From Camelus dromedarius (taxonomy: Eukaryota), in the NCBI RefSeq assembly GCF_036321535.1, contig NC_087447.1:46378001-46442000 (forward strand): DNA of 64,000 nucleotides, written 5' to 3'. This document shows positions 38,741 to 52,390 of the stretch, piece after piece (the first letter of the stretch is position 1; every line of letters starts with the position of its first letter). A program made the position numbers and the translations under genes. Below the pieces are notes generated by a model. That model made no database searches and was not told the origin of the DNA. It saw only the letters and a list, made by a program, of their open reading frames with translations.

Positions 38741-41700
38741 TTGGGGGCGAGAAGACAAGAGATTTGGGGGGACTTGGAGGCAGGTAAACCCAAGACTGGA
38801 TACTGATCTCCACCTTTACCATTGACAAACCTACCTTCACATCCCAGCTCTATCATTTAATATCTATGACACTTTAAGAAAATTAGTTAACTTTCTTTAA
38901 ACGTCAGTGTCTTCACCTAAAATTGGGTTAATAAATAGTAATAAATTGTCTCACGGTTGCTGTGAATATTAGCGATACAACGTGGAAGAGCCCTTGGAAC
39001 CATGCCTGGAACATAGAAAGTTCTCAGTCAGCGCTAACTTGTAGTGCTGTTGCTGAGGCTAAGGCTGCTTGGAGCCTGTCTGAAGCTGCCCTGTGTGTAA
39101 GGCGTGTGGGGGAAAGCTTGTGGTGTAGACGGAAGAGTCCGAGAAGACTTAGATGTGAGGCCTGACTTTTCTTGCTAGGTGAGACTGAGCAAATCACTTG
39201 GAATCTCTGAGCCTTGATAGGGTTAGTTTTTCATTCATTCATTCATTCAACTTCAAAGTCCTGCTCTAAGTTGCAAACGAGAATGTTTATTGAAATCTTT
39301 TGGTGCATTCGTGTATTCTTTCAACACAACCCTTACTGAGCACATACTGTGCAGTGGGCTCTGTGCGGGGCACTAGGACAGAGATGAGTAAGACATGGTC
39401 TTCCCACTAGGAATACTTTCGGCCTAGTGGGGAGATAGACCTGCAAGCCAGCGATTATTGCATGATAAAGAGATGTCCAGGGCCTCAGCTTTAATGGTAA
39501 AGGGAAAGATTGGAAGTTTAAGGGCTGTATGAAGTTAAGGAAGAGTTTATTTTCACCAATGACAGAGACTTGAACTCTCCATATGCTGAGGGGTAAGAGG
39601 GGAAAAGTGCAAGACATCCTGAGGACAAAAGAGAGGAGAAACATCTGTTTTACTGTGGAAGGAAGAGAGAAAGATGAGCACAGCAGCCAGTCTGTGGGGA
39701 CGGGGAATTTACAGGAGCTCCTGTCTGTGGTTTAACAGTGAGGAGCTATGCCTCTTTCTGCAGAGGGCACATGACATCTGGCCTCTTCATCTCAGCCCTC
39801 CCATCTGCCCCACCACCTGCTACTCAGACCATTAAGCCTAGGGTGATTCACCCATGTTGGTCTTTTGCCTCTCCTCGTCTGTAAATTCTTTTCGTTGAAG
39901 CCTCCAGAGTAGCAAAACCTTCTGGTTTCCTGCATCCCATTTGCTCCTGGTTTTCACTTCACCCCTCTTCCTTCTTTTTCTTAGTCTCCTTCACTGACAC
40001 CTGTTACTCTGTCTGTCCCTTAGGATTCCATCTCATGCCCTTTATAAAATTATTGTCCCCATCTCCACCCTTAATCCTTCATCTGAGCACTCCACCCTTA
40101 TTTCCAGTGGTTGACCAGACATCTCTTCATTTGTGAGTTTTCAAAATATCCAAATGTGTTTATTAATTGTACCTCCTAGCACCCCAACCCTGTTCCTCTT
40201 TCTTCAGATTTTAGCAGCTCTAACATCGTCATCATAGCTTAAAAACAAAGACAAAAACAAAAAGCAAAAAACAAAAAACAAAAAAAAACCCCTTGAAATT
40301 ATTGTTGATTCCTCTGTCTCTCTCCACTTCCAACTGGTTCTTAAGTCTGATTGATTTGTCCCTGGAAATATCTCTTCATCTCTCTTCAGAACTTCATTAG
40401 CCAGTTAACTGATCTCCTCATCTTTTACAGTCTTTTCCATCCCTTCTGGCCCTCCTTGAGGAGGTTGTTATTCTAGTTCCTTTACTGACTGCTTTGGGGC
40501 CCAGTGTCAAAGAAGCTTCTTTAGGAATTTACCTGAGTAATCCTAAAATACAAAACAGGAGAGCAAATTACAGTTGATGTGATAGAGACAGACCAACCTT
40601 GTCCAAGTTAAGAGGTTTGGGGGTAGCCCACGCCAGCTCTTTCTCCCCCTTAAGGATGACACCCTGTGGTATTTGGGAAGGAGGAACGTGAGTCCCTAAA
40701 CCTCTTCTGGGCCACTGCTCCTCTAGGTTGCATTCTCCTCCTCTCCCCTCTATTCTGTCACAGATCTCCTCTCCTTTCACTCACTCTCAGCTTCTCAATC
40801 CCACCCTCCTCTGTGAAAGTCTTCAATAAACCTCCACTCTAAGGAGTTTTACCACCTCCCTACAAGGATTGTCTGGTCCTTGACTATCCACAACAAAAGT
40901 ACATTTCCCAAAGTCTAAAGTAATACTCTAAATATTCCAGAAACACATTCCAGGGTAGGCTCTGGAATTCCAAATCCATTTCCTTTTGAGGTCTCCCTGT
41001 GAACTTAGAGATGCTCCTCTTTATTCTTCTGAGTATTCAGAGGGTGACTATAGTAACACCAATATAAACATCAATTTTCAGAGACAATACACCTAAACCT
41101 ATAAGAAGGAAGAAGACTATTTCTTCCTATCTGCTCCGCAATTTATAAGGCTTCTCTAATCTTCAGTGTAATTAGTGGTAATAGTAAAGTGATCAGCTGC
41201 CTTTTTTGCCTGGAAGGTTTCCTGGGACACCAGACGTTCAGGTCTAACACCAGAAAAGTCTCAGACAAACCAGGACAAATCGGTCATCCTGACTTTAAGA
41301 GCATGCACTCTGGAGTCTGACTGCTTGGGTTCAAATCCAGCTCAGCTGTTCAGTAGCTGTGTGATCCTGAACTAGACTTAATCTCTCAGTGCCTCACCTT
41401 CTCCATCAGTAAAATCAAGGTTAAAAAAAAAAAGAAAAACTAATACATGAAGGCATTTAGAATACATATGGTAAATGTCCAGTAGCTATTTTTTAAGTCT
41501 ATCAGTGTTAGTTCCTCTTATCATCACACCAGTCACCACCAAATCGTGTTCCCTAAGAATCTGGGTAAGATGTGGGCCCAGTATTGAATCACACATCTTT
41601 TAATATCTGCTCTCTTAATTATACAGAAACCTGGCCAAAGCTTTGAAATTACTGCTCTCACAGCCCAGCTAAATGTTTAACCTCCTCCCATCTTTTCACT

Positions 41701-42509
41701 GTTCCCAATTCACCTACCCAACAAGCAATGCTCAAACACCTTCTGTGTCCCTCTGGTGGCTCTGTGCTTGGAGCTCCAGTGGACGCAACAGAAGTCTGTT
41801 ATTATTTCTGCTCTCCTGGAACTCACATTCGAAAAGAAGAACAAGCAACATCCATGACACTGAGGACCAGGCCAGGCAGGAGGCCCCACAGCTAGTCTAG
41901 AGGGTCTTAGGAAGGGAGAAGTCTCTGTAACTTGTTGTTTGTGTCCAGGAAGACCAGAGGTCCTCCTCGGCGACTCTCCTCTGTCCTTGCCACAGTGTAC
42001 CCAGGCACAGAAGTGAGGCCATCATTCCTGCCTGGTTTGTCTCTCCCTGATAAGCCCCACTTGATCCTTCACAGGCTTCTTGGAAGCCTCATATACTTTT
42101 TCCTCATATACTTTTTTCCCTCCTAATCAAGGGTCTTCTTCATCTTTTCTATTGCCTTTGGCCCATCCCTGTTTTTTCCCTCATATACCACACCTACTTT
42201 CCTCCTAATCATTTACTCAGCAATCAAATACCTGGAATATCACAGATAAACAAGTATCTTGTAAGTTTACATTTCACACACATAGGCCAAAAGCTGAGGA
42301 CAATGAATGTCTTTTCATCTCTGAAGCTCCCATAACACCTGGCATAGTACCTGTCTGTACCCCAAAAGTGTAGACATACATACATGAAGAGGTGGATCTT
42401 CATCACAAACCCTTCAGGCCCTAAAATAGAAATAGTCTTTCTTTCACGGACTATATTGTTCTAACAGTCTCTGATCCCCACTTCAGGGACCAGCCCAGGG
42501 CCAAAGCTA

Positions 42510-43529
42510 ATGGGTAAGGATGGAAATACCAGCACTTTCAACATCTCCTACACTAACTTCTTCCTGGTGGGCTTCCCTGGATTGCGAGACTGGAGGCCCC
42601 TCCTGGTCCTGCCTCTTACCTTCCTCTACATGACCATCATCTCTGCCAATGCCCTGGTCATCCATACGGTGGTGTCCCAGCGGAGCCTGCACCAGCCCAT
42701 GTACCTGCTCATCGCCCTGCTCCTGGCTGTCAACATCTGTGCTGCTACAGCAGTGGTGCCCAAAATGCTGGAGGGCTTTGTGCATTATGCTAACCCCATA
42801 TCCCTGCGTGGCTGCCTGGCCCAGATGTTCTGTATCTACTTTACCCTCCTCCTGGACTACAATGTCCTGCTGGCCATGGCCCTAGACCGCTACATGGCCA
42901 TCTGCCACCCACTCCGCTATAGTGACCTGATGACCTCCCGCCTGCTGGGTGTGCTAGCCTTTTTGGCCCTGGCACGGAGCCTGGGAGTGGCAGTGCCCTT
43001 GGTGGTGCTAACTTCACAAGCTCAATTCTGCCGGACAGCAGTTATCTGACACTTTACCTGTGAGTATATCGCATTGCTAAGCATAGCTTGTGGAGACTTG
43101 ACCTTCAACAACCGGTTGGGGCTGGCCATGCGGTTGGTCACTGTGACCTTTGATTTAGCCCTGCTGGGGACCTCCTACACCCACATCATCTATGCAGCCT
43201 TCCGGATATCTTCTGGGGGAGCCCGAGCCAAGGCCTTGCACACCTGTGGCTCCCACTTACTGGTCATCCTCACCATCTACCTCTCTGGTCTCTCCACTTC
43301 CATCGTTTTCCGAGTAGCCAAGACTGTGTCTCAGGATGTCCAGAACCTGCTCAGTGCCATCTACTTGCTGCTCCCAGGAGCCTTGAATCCTGTCATTTAC
43401 GGGGTGAGGACCAGAGAGATCCGGCAACATGTAGAAAAGATGCTCTGTGGAAAGGAATTAGCCCAGGATATTAGGGAGAAGCCAAAGAGACTGCAGAATA
43501 TGAGGGTGAAGGGGAAATTGCCCGGGTGA
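42510..43529 (+). pseudogene. OR55B1: Class I olfactory receptor, OR55B1-like, one premature stop
   Basis: 339 codons in one frame with LHQPMY, MALDRY, KALHTCGSHL and LNPVIY intact; TGA at 43047-43049 (codon 180); sits tail-to-tail with RRM1 as human OR55B1P does; splice acceptor cttcag at 42481-42486 just upstream of the ATG. Symbol assigned from family and synteny. Confidence 0.85.
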
Positions 43530-43859
43530 GAGAATTTCATCAACTTAGGAAACTGGAGCTGTGACCTCTGGGAATTAAGAGATAAGAGGGAGTACTGAGG
43601 GAATTTCCTGAGATTATGGGCCTAACAGCAGGTACACTGGTGGTAAACTATTGCTTTTTCAATTCTTATAATGCTTCGTTTTCACTCCAATAACAAAATT
43701 GCTTTTCACTATTCATCCTTGTTAGTTTAGTGCCTGTCCTCTTCTCCCTGACTCCTGAGAAAACCCCCAATTAATATCTGGATATATGGAGCTCCACTGG
43801 AAGTTATATGGAGCAAATCACATACACCATGACTTGCCCTCAACACCCAGTATGAAACA

Positions 43860-44250
43860 AATACAAGCCAGGCTCTTCCCTGGTGCCTAGTCTCTTCCAA
43901 ATACAGCAGAAGACTTGACATGAAGCCCAAGCATACAGGTCAGCCTCGATGCCTCCAGTCTGATCCAAGGACACAGGTTGGGTTTTAGAGTCCAGTTAGT
44001 CCCAAACACAGGTGAGGCTCTGCCTGATATCCCCAATCTGACACAGGCACACAGGTCAGGCCTACCCCTAGGTATCCAGTTTAGTCCAAACAGGTCAGGT
44101 CCTACCTGGGGGCCCCCAGTCTGACAGACACCCAAACCAGGTCCTCTCCTGGGACCCAGTCTCATCCAAAGATCAGACTAGGCCCTGATCTGTACTTAAG
44201 CTTGACTCAAACCCATAGATCAGGCCACTCTTCCCATGGTAGCCAGTATG
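43860..44250. repeat. Degenerate minisatellite, about 35-45 bp unit
   Basis: Recurring caggtcaggc...ccagtctga.ccaaa.a units starting near 43936, 43974, 44009, 44052, 44091. Confidence 0.65.
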
Positions 44251-44279
44251 ATTTATCTAAAAGTCACCCCTACTTAAAA

Positions 44280-46263
44280 GACCTTCACAGCTGTCATCTA
44301 TAGAATGGAGTGTCCTTCAAGGATGTCCTGGAAAGAGGCTGTGGTGTCTGCATACTGTGCAGAACCATCTGTGAACCACCCATGTTTTCTCTTCCTCTGT
44401 CACTTGATCATAGGGAATGCCACATGAGGCCATAGGTGCAGGCTAGGGGAGAGAGGTACAGGAGTGAGAACCATGGGCATTTGGGCCACTTCTTCAGTAG
44501 GTTATTTGTGCTTTCAGGGCCTGCATGCACCCAGTCTTGAATGTACCACTTCCACTTGATGATGGACTGCCAGTGTGCATGCCCAACTTGAGGCTTAGTG
44601 AGTCTGACAGCACCTGGTTCATGATGGGAAGCTCAGGTTGCATAGTAACTTGGTGACCCATGGTTAAGTAGTCTCTAATAAGGCCCAGTAGCAGCCCAAA
44701 GGTGTCTCTCAAAAGGTAGTTATCAACAGAGAATGGCAGGACTTTGCTCTAAAATCCTAAGGGCCTGCCAAAGGCTTCAAACAGCATCTTTATCTGCCAC
44801 TGCCACTTGAGCAGCTTGCATGGCAGGCTGGACCTGTTGCGGAGCCTTCTCTTGTTCTGGGCCCCACTCAATACCAGCAGCTTTTTGGGTCATGTGGGAA
44901 ATGGGCCAGAGCAGCACACCCAAATGAGGAATATGCTGCCATGTTGCCTCCAAAATTCAAAGAGGCCCACTAGGCCTTGTGTCTTTTGGTTGTAGGAGGA
45001 GCCAGATACAATTTACCCCTCACCATAGATGGAATATCTCAACATGCCTCATACCATTGGACCCTTAGAAATTTCACTGAGGTTGAAGGCCCCTCAGTCT
45101 TTGTCAGATTTATTTCCCACTCTGATACACAAAGGTCTTACCAATAAGCCTAGAGTAGTTGTTACTTCTTGCTCACTAGGTCCAATCCGCATCTCAAATG
45201 TAATGGAGCAGTGTGATACACTGTGGAAAGGAAAAGTGATCAAGATGAACTAAAGTACGGCACTGAGCTAGAGAGCTGATATAACCCTGAGGCAGAACAT
45301 ATACATGGTCACCCAGACCCTTGCCTCTTTTATTTGATTAGGAGTATCCAATGATGGTATTCTGCATGCCTCTGTGGCTGCCATCAGCTCATGGACTATC
45401 AGAACTCTCTCTAGTACTGAAAAGTCATGCTTTAATCTAGTCAGATTAGAGAATCAACTCAGAAAGCTCGTCTCTTTAAGACTCCATTCCTCTAGAACCA
45501 TTTTCAGTACCAAAACCTAAATTAGTCAGGGTTCTCACTCTCCAGAGTAAGTCAGTAAGGTGTATGTGTGTGTGTGTATATACACAGATAGACAGACAGG
45601 CAGATATACATGCCCACATACACACATACATATTCAGCTGACCCTTGAACAATGCAGGGGACTGGTTCCAGGATACACTGTGGATACCAAAATCCATAGA
45701 GGCACGTCCTATAGTGAGCCCTCTGTATCTGCAGTTCCACATCCACAGATTCAACCAACCACAGATCGTATAGTACTGTAGTATTTATTTTAAAAATCCA
45801 TGTGTAAGTGGACCCATGCAGTTCAAACTCAAGTTGTTCTAAGGTCAACCATGTATCTCCCTCTCTATCTACAGAGGTAGACAGACAGACAGACAGACAG
45901 GAAGAGAGAGAGAGAGAGACTTAAAGTAATGGGCTCACATAACTGTGGAACTGGCAAATCCAAAATTGGCAGAGTAGGGCCCCAGGCTGGAGGCCTAGAG
46001 AACAGTTGATATTATATATCAAGTCCAAAGGCAGGCTGGAGGCAGAAGTCATTTTTTCTCAGAGGACCCCAGCCTTTTTCCTCTTAAGGACTTCAACTGA
46101 TTATATGAGGCTGGCACATTATGGAGGGTAATCTGAATTACTCAGAGTGTATGATTTTAAATGCTAACTTCATCTAAAAATACCTTCACAGTTCTATGTA
46201 GAGTTTGACCAACTATCTGGATACCATGGTCTAGCCAGCTGACCAATAAAATTAACCATCACA
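44280..46263 (-). mobile_element. ERVL element: MLT2 LTR (about 45520-46263) and deleted internal pol fragments; Tigger MITE at about 45635-45853 inside the LTR
   Basis: LTR starts tgtgatggttaattttattggtca on minus; internal start ttttggtactgaaaatggttctagagg; ERVL pol-like peptide LTMGHQVTMQPELPIMNQVLSD. Confidence 0.8.
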
Positions 46264-46299
46264 TTGCCTAGGCTCAGAGCAGCCCTAGCCAAGCATGGG

Positions 46300-47760
46300 A
46301 GTGTCCTAGCACAGAGCCAATCTGCAAAGATCAAGGAAAGCTGTCAAAACATTAACTGAACATGCTCTAAAGAACAGATTCATTACAAAAACAGTTTGGA
46401 AAAGTCTCGGAGTATTTCAACAAAAGAAAAACCACAGGCATTACAAAGAAACAGGAAAGCACAATCCATTCAAAGGAATAAGATAAACTGACAGTAACCA
46501 TCCCTAAGGAAGCCCAGCCATCAGATTTTCTAGATAGACATTAAAACAACTATCTTAAATATGATTAAAGAGCTAAAGGAAAACAAGTAAAGGAAGTCAG
46601 GAAGATGATGTATTAACAATATCAGACTATCAACAAAGAGATAGAAATAATTAAAAGGAATCAAACAAATTCTAGAGCTAGAAAGAACAGTAACTGAAAT
46701 CAAATTTCACTAAAGGGGCTCAAATGCAGAGATGAACAAGAAGAAGAAACAATCAATGAACTTGAAGATAAGATAATTGAAATTATTGAGTCTAAGGAAC
46801 AGAAATAGGATGAAGTGAAGGAAGCCTAAGAGACCTCTGGGATACTAATAAGTGGACCAACAGATGCATCATGAGAGCTCCAGAAGGAAAAGAGAGAGGG
46901 GAGTAAAAATGATTAAAGAAATAATGACTGAAAACTTCCCAAATTTAACAAAAGATGTGATTCTATCATTCCAAGCAGCTCAACAAACCCCAATTAGGAT
47001 AAATTCAAAGGCCCACACCAAAACACATTATAATCACTGTCAAAAGCCATTAGGATGATTATCAAAAGTACAAAAAATTAACAAGTATTGGCAAAGATGT
47101 GGAATAACTACAACTTTCATGTACTGCTTGTTGAATGGTAAAATGGTGCAGCTGCTATAGAAAACAGTTTGCCAGTTCCTCAAAAAATTAAACAGAGATT
47201 ATCATATAGTCCAACAATTCCATTCCTAGGTATATACCCAAAAGAAGTGAAAGCAGGAATTCAGATACTGTGTGTATCAGTGTTCACAGCAGCATTATTC
47301 ACAATAGCCAAAAGGTAGAAATAACCCAAATGTCCATTAATAGAAAAATGGAAAAACAAAATGTGATATATACATACAATGGGATATTATACAGCCCTAA
47401 ACAGGAATGAAATTCTGATACATGATACATAAATGAATCTTGAAAACATTACGCTAAGTGAAATTAAGCCAGACAGAAAAGGACAGGTATTGTATGATTC
47501 CTTTTATATGAGGTATCCAGAATAAGCAAATTCACAGACAGAAAGTAGAATAGAGGTTATCAGGGACTGATGCGAGAAGGGAATGGGGAATTATTATTTT
47601 ATATACAGTTTGTGTTTGGGATGATGAAAAAGTTCTGGAAATAGATAGCGGTGATGGTTGCACACTGCACATGTACTTAATGCCACTAAACTATATGCTT
47701 TAAAATGGGTAAAATGGTAACATTAGTCATGCATATTTTACCACAATTTAAAAAAAAGAA
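46300..47760 (+). mobile_element. L1 ORF1 remnant joined to an L1M 3' end
   Basis: IKEIMTENFPNL ORF1 motif at about 46910, then ORF2 end and 3' UTR from about 47050. Confidence 0.8.
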
Positions 47761-47894
47761 AAAGGCATAAATTAAAGTCAGAATTCTATACAGTGACCAA
47801 GTAATTTGTCTTAAAACTTATTCCCTAAACTCTCAAAACATTTTTTCAAATTTGACCTTTGCATGAAAGTAAGTGACAAAATTAGTCCACACAA

Positions 47895-48337
47895 TCATTT
47901 AAAATTTTTATCTTTATTTCAGAATGACCTATAGGACCTTATTCAGATAAAGGTCCTGTCAGCATTTCTCGTGGGTTATGACTCAGTTTCGCTTCTATGG
48001 ACAAACCAGTCAAAGCAGCAAAACTAAGTCTCCTTACCAAAACTGAGGTCACCAGCAAAGAGGTGCCAGATGGGTGATGAAACCCTCCTTAATCACTCCC
48101 TATTTGCAAGATGCCTTCTTTTGCATTCCTAAAACGTCTACTTTGATGCCCAATGTATCAATTTAAAAAAATCATTACTTTCATACTTACATAGAAACAG
48201 TACTTTAAATCAATTGATCCTTTTACTGCAATAAGGTCCAGCAAAGCCTTACCACTTCAAGCAAACATACTACACCTATCTATGCTCAAGAAGCAGTTTG
48301 GCTATTGAAGAGGTGCTGGTCTCTTCTAAGCCTTTCC
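47895..48337 (-). other. RRM1: RRM1 3' UTR with AATAAA poly(A) signal at 47913-47918
   Basis: tttatt on + at 47913-47918, about 420 nt past the stop; followed by a T/GT-rich tract on the minus strand; exact cleavage site inferred. Confidence 0.75.
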
Positions 48338-48523
48338 TCAGGATCCACACATCAGACATTCATCTCTATTCTCCAAAGAGCACACCATGGCTGCTGTGTT
48401 CCTCTCTTTCTCTTCTTCTTTTGATATCTTTTCCTTATCTTTCAGCTTCTCTTTATTTAGAGTGAACTGGATTGGATTAGCTGCTGGTCTTGTCCTTAAA
48501 TAATACATCCCAGTCTTTAAACC
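48338..48523 (-). CDS. RRM1: RRM1 exon 19, coding part ([20 protein letters not shown]...RDECLMCGS*)
   Basis: 186 nt to TGA; YY radical-transfer pair and C-terminal CxxC shuttle cysteines. Confidence 0.98.
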   Translation of the reverse strand, partial: GLKTGMYYLRTRPAANPIQFTLNKEKLKDKEKISKEEEKERNTAAMVCSLENRDECLMCGS

Positions 48524-49842
48524 CTAAAAGGGAAATAAATACAACTAATTAGGAGAAACTGTGAAAACACTAGACATTTAAGGCCAATGTTTACATTTTC
48601 ATAATTGCTTTCTAAACTTGGAATTATAACTCCTCTAGGCAGCCTTCTCAAAAATGCTTAAAAAGAGAGAGAGAGATGGTCAGAGTATACTCTGTCCTTT
48701 TCACCCCTAAAACAAGCTTATCTCTTTGAAAATGCCAAATATTTTTGTTCTCTAGTCATTTTTTTTGTTTCTATGTGTATGACTTCCCAGTGTGCCTAAG
48801 ATAACATTTCTGCCTTAGATTATAACTATTTAGAGAGCTAGACTGTATCTCTGTATAAGAACAGATTACGACTACTTCAAAGATAAGGATCATCATCTTC
48901 TATTCAGTATCCCCAGTCCTGGCACACAGTGTATGTTCAATGTTTTTTAAATAAAAAAATAATTCATAATTCTGTATAAACACCCAGCATCTTGCCAGGA
49001 AATAAGAATACAATCCAGAATCACAAGTCTTTACAGTTGGTAATGACTAGCTTTTATACTGTGATTAGCTTTTACACTATAGAAAGATAAGGTGGGGAAA
49101 CAATAGGCATTTTTTTAATAGTGGGTTGACATGTGTCAAGTTTTATTTTAGGAATGGTAGCAGTACACAAGATGGCCTAGAGCAGAGATACCAGAAGCAA
49201 AGAGATCAGTTAAGAAGTTAATAATGGTGGTAGACATGTCTTGGCAATTATAAATAATGTTGCTATTAATAGGGGGTGGATGTATCTTTATGAATTAACT
49301 CTTATTTTGTGGCTGGCTTTATTCCTTTGATAACTATGTAAGTTTAAAAAGCTAAAGCTCTAAACATTCTTAGAAACAATGAATGGTATATATACATACA
49401 TTTTTTAAATGTGCAGTACATTGTGTATATGTATTTATATGCAATATATTGTATATGTGCAGTCAGATTGTAAAAATTCTACCCAATAAAACTGAAAAAT
49501 AAAAAAACTTTTTAAAATAATAATGGTGGTAGAATATGAAGGAAGGTACTCAAGAAATAGTATAAAAGTAACAACCAACAAAACATGGTGAGTGACTGCA
49601 TGGAGGGTAAAGGGAGGATCATAACTCCAAGCTTAGGAATAAAATAATCCTAAAAGAAACAAGAATATCCAAAATGAGAGCTTAATCTGGTATAAAAACC
49701 ATGAGTTGCTTTTAACATATTGGATTTGAAGTGAAAGAACTTCTAGGTGGCAATATTGATAGTTAGCTAGAATATAAAACTCTAATCCAATACTAAAATA
49801 TCCAAAGTTGGCAACAAGCCCTCCTTGACTTCTTCCACCAAC

Positions 49843-50031
49843 CTGTTTCCAGCCATAGAAGTGCATACTAGTGAGTTTGCCATAATTAGGCTCAGCAATA
49901 TGTATGTTCAAAGACTGGCTTTGATCAATGAAAGCGCCTCTCTCAGCTGCCATCTTGAGTACGGTTTTCTGAGAGATTTCCCACACAGTCTTATAAAGTT
50001 GCTTCAGGTCATCAGGAATTTCTGGTATGCT
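49843..50031 (-). CDS. RRM1: RRM1 exon 18 ([22 protein letters not shown]...MHFYGWKQ)
   Basis: 189 nt, cag|AGC ... CAG|gttggt. Confidence 0.98.
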
Positions 50032-50671
50032 CTGAAGAAGGGAAACCAAATGTTTACTGGACTCAGACTGAAGAAAACAGTATAATTAACAGAATGATGA
50101 CCAAAGGGTCTGATCTTGGTTCTACTTCCATCCAGATCTTACCCTATCATTCATTTTAATACAACATGACCCTTACCAAGTTTCCCAAGACTGCTCACCT
50201 CTGGCTAAATCCAACAAAACCCCATCTAACCAACAAAATATCAATCTGATGGTAGTGATTAAGGTTTATCTTTAATTGGTAATGGCCAAAACATTCACTG
50301 TTCTACAGGCACTTAATACAGGAAAGAAAAGTCAGAACTCAGCAATAATAAATGACCCTTGAGTTTTGCAGAAAATACAAAAACTCAGGGCTATAACTCT
50401 GGGACATGACCCAAGGAAGCAATGAGACAAAATCCTTTAAATAAGCTGGGACCCCACAAACTCCAATTGGAGCCAATAGAAATAAGGCTGTCTTAGATCT
50501 AGGGTTAGCCTGTATCAAAACAAAGATTGGCTAATACTACAGTTTCTATCAGCAAACATAGAAATGTTACAGGCAGATCAATGTTTAGCCAGAGGTCTCT
50601 TTCTACAAATAAATAAATGCTTCTTGATTCTCAGTTCCAAATATTTTACTGTTAAACGCTATTTGTATTGG

Positions 50672-50815
50672 CAGGGGTGGGTATAATTCATGGTAGAGTG
50701 CATGCTTAGCAAGCACGAGGTCCTCGGTTCAATCTCTAGTACCTTCATTTTAAATAAATAAATAAATACATACATACATACATACATACATACATACATA
50801 CATACACAAATAAAC
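50672..50815 (+). mobile_element. tRNA-derived SINE with (TACA)n tail, RRM1 intron 17
   Basis: ggtagagtgcatgcttagcaagcacgaggtcctcggttcaatc; tail expanded to TAAA/TACA repeats. Confidence 0.85.
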
Positions 50816-50909
50816 AAATACTATTTGTGGCTCTGTCTTTTGGACTATCAGTCTTCAATCTCCATTACACTTTTTAATTAAGTTTGACTCTCTAATTTCA
50901 GGCTTTATA

Positions 50910-51080
50910 TCAGTGGTCCTCAAACTTTGATGCACTCTGGAATTACCCAGGAAGTTTTTCAAAAATACTGACACTTGGTTCCCATTCTCAGACATTTGAC
51001 TGTTATGGGGTGCAACCTAAACCTCAGGATTTTAAAAGCTGCTCAATTTATTCTAATGTACAGAGAAGTTGGGAACCACT
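50910..51080. mobile_element. MER5A-like DNA transposon
   Basis: cagtggtcctcaaact ... gttgggaaccact terminal inverted repeats. Confidence 0.75.
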
Positions 51081-51281
51081 ATATTACTGCATAAATAAGA
51101 GGGTAAGACATACCTATCGGAAGATGTATTTAATCCCAGCCCAGTGCAAGGTTGAACAGAGCTACATAAGCCTTTATGACCACAATAAATAATCATTCTT
51201 TCTCTACATAGCCTGGGATAAGTGAGAAGGTACCAATATCCAACTTAGCTCCTAAAGAGCATTTCTTTTTTCATTCTGTAC

Positions 51282-51377
51282 CTGAATAGAGCCATTGCAT
51301 GCAATAATCTGATTTTTCATCTCTTCATTCCACAAGCCCCGCTCAGTGAGATCTTTCAGTAAGTGAGGATTTACAAT
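51282..51377 (-). CDS. RRM1: RRM1 exon 17 ([32 protein letters not shown])
   Basis: 96 nt, cag|ATT ... CAG|gtacag. Confidence 0.98.
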
Positions 51378-52254
51378 CTGAAAGGAAAAACAGAAAAGAT
51401 ATGAAAGAATGAATAACCATGACAGGGTCTAAACAGCATCACAGACCTGGGGCTTAAAGTAAGTAAAATCATTGAAGAATTATTTAATATTAGATTGCTT
51501 GGTAAATTCTATTTTGTATAAAACTGAGAGATCCATCCCACCACATGAAAGCTATATTCCTCTAAAATCTTGATTATTTGTTATTCAAAACATAATGTAT
51601 GGTATTTGCAAAAATGAAAAGAACTAATACTGCCTAGGCTGAGTAAATCTACGTAGAAGGATTCTTTTTCCTTTTTAAGTAAGGACACAATAAATACTTA
51701 TAAAGAAAAATGAGAAGTGTGTCCATCCCAAAACCTACAGAAATTTAATTCAGAATATCTGCAAATTCACAAATAAAAATCTTTTGCATTTTAAATGAGT
51801 GATTCTCAAGCTTAGCTGTATATAAGAATTACCTGGGAACCTTAAAAAAAACAAAACAAAACAGAACACTGGTCCTGCCCTTCAGAAATTCTAATTTGTA
51901 ACCAAGGCTGAGAACCAATGACCTAAATGATACTTCTACACAGCTTGAATATCATCAACTTAAGCATCTGAGGTTATAGTATAATCATTATTATTATAGA
52001 ATGGTTAAACATCATGTGAACTTTAATATCAACAAGTTGCTTACTTACTCAATCCTCAATCATTCATTCTTTTGGCAGATACTTTATATATTTATATGCT
52101 GAAATAACATAAACAATATTAGAGATGCCGATGACTCACTTTATCAAAACTGCCCCCATACTATGATAAATGGCATACTAAATATGAGTAGCATTTACTC
52201 TCAACATCTGGCTTTTGAAAGATTTTCCTGTAGATCTGGCTGTGATCTTCTCAC

Positions 52255-52390
52255 CTGAAATTCTCCTGACAAGACTCTGCGGGTGTAGATGTTACTGGTG
52301 TAAGGTTCAATTGACTCATTATTTCCCAAAATCTGAGCAGTTGAAGCAGTAGGCATCGGGGCAATAAGTAAACTGTTTCTTATACCATAC
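52255..52390 (-). CDS. RRM1: RRM1 exon 16 ([45 protein letters not shown])
   Basis: 136 nt; APMPTAST signature; tag|G ... CAG|gtgaga. Confidence 0.98.

Noticed and set aside
43860..44250. Repeat-spacer-like appearance suggesting a CRISPR array
   Set aside because: Mammalian DNA, repeats are highly degenerate with no unique spacers, and there are no cas genes; it is a minisatellite.
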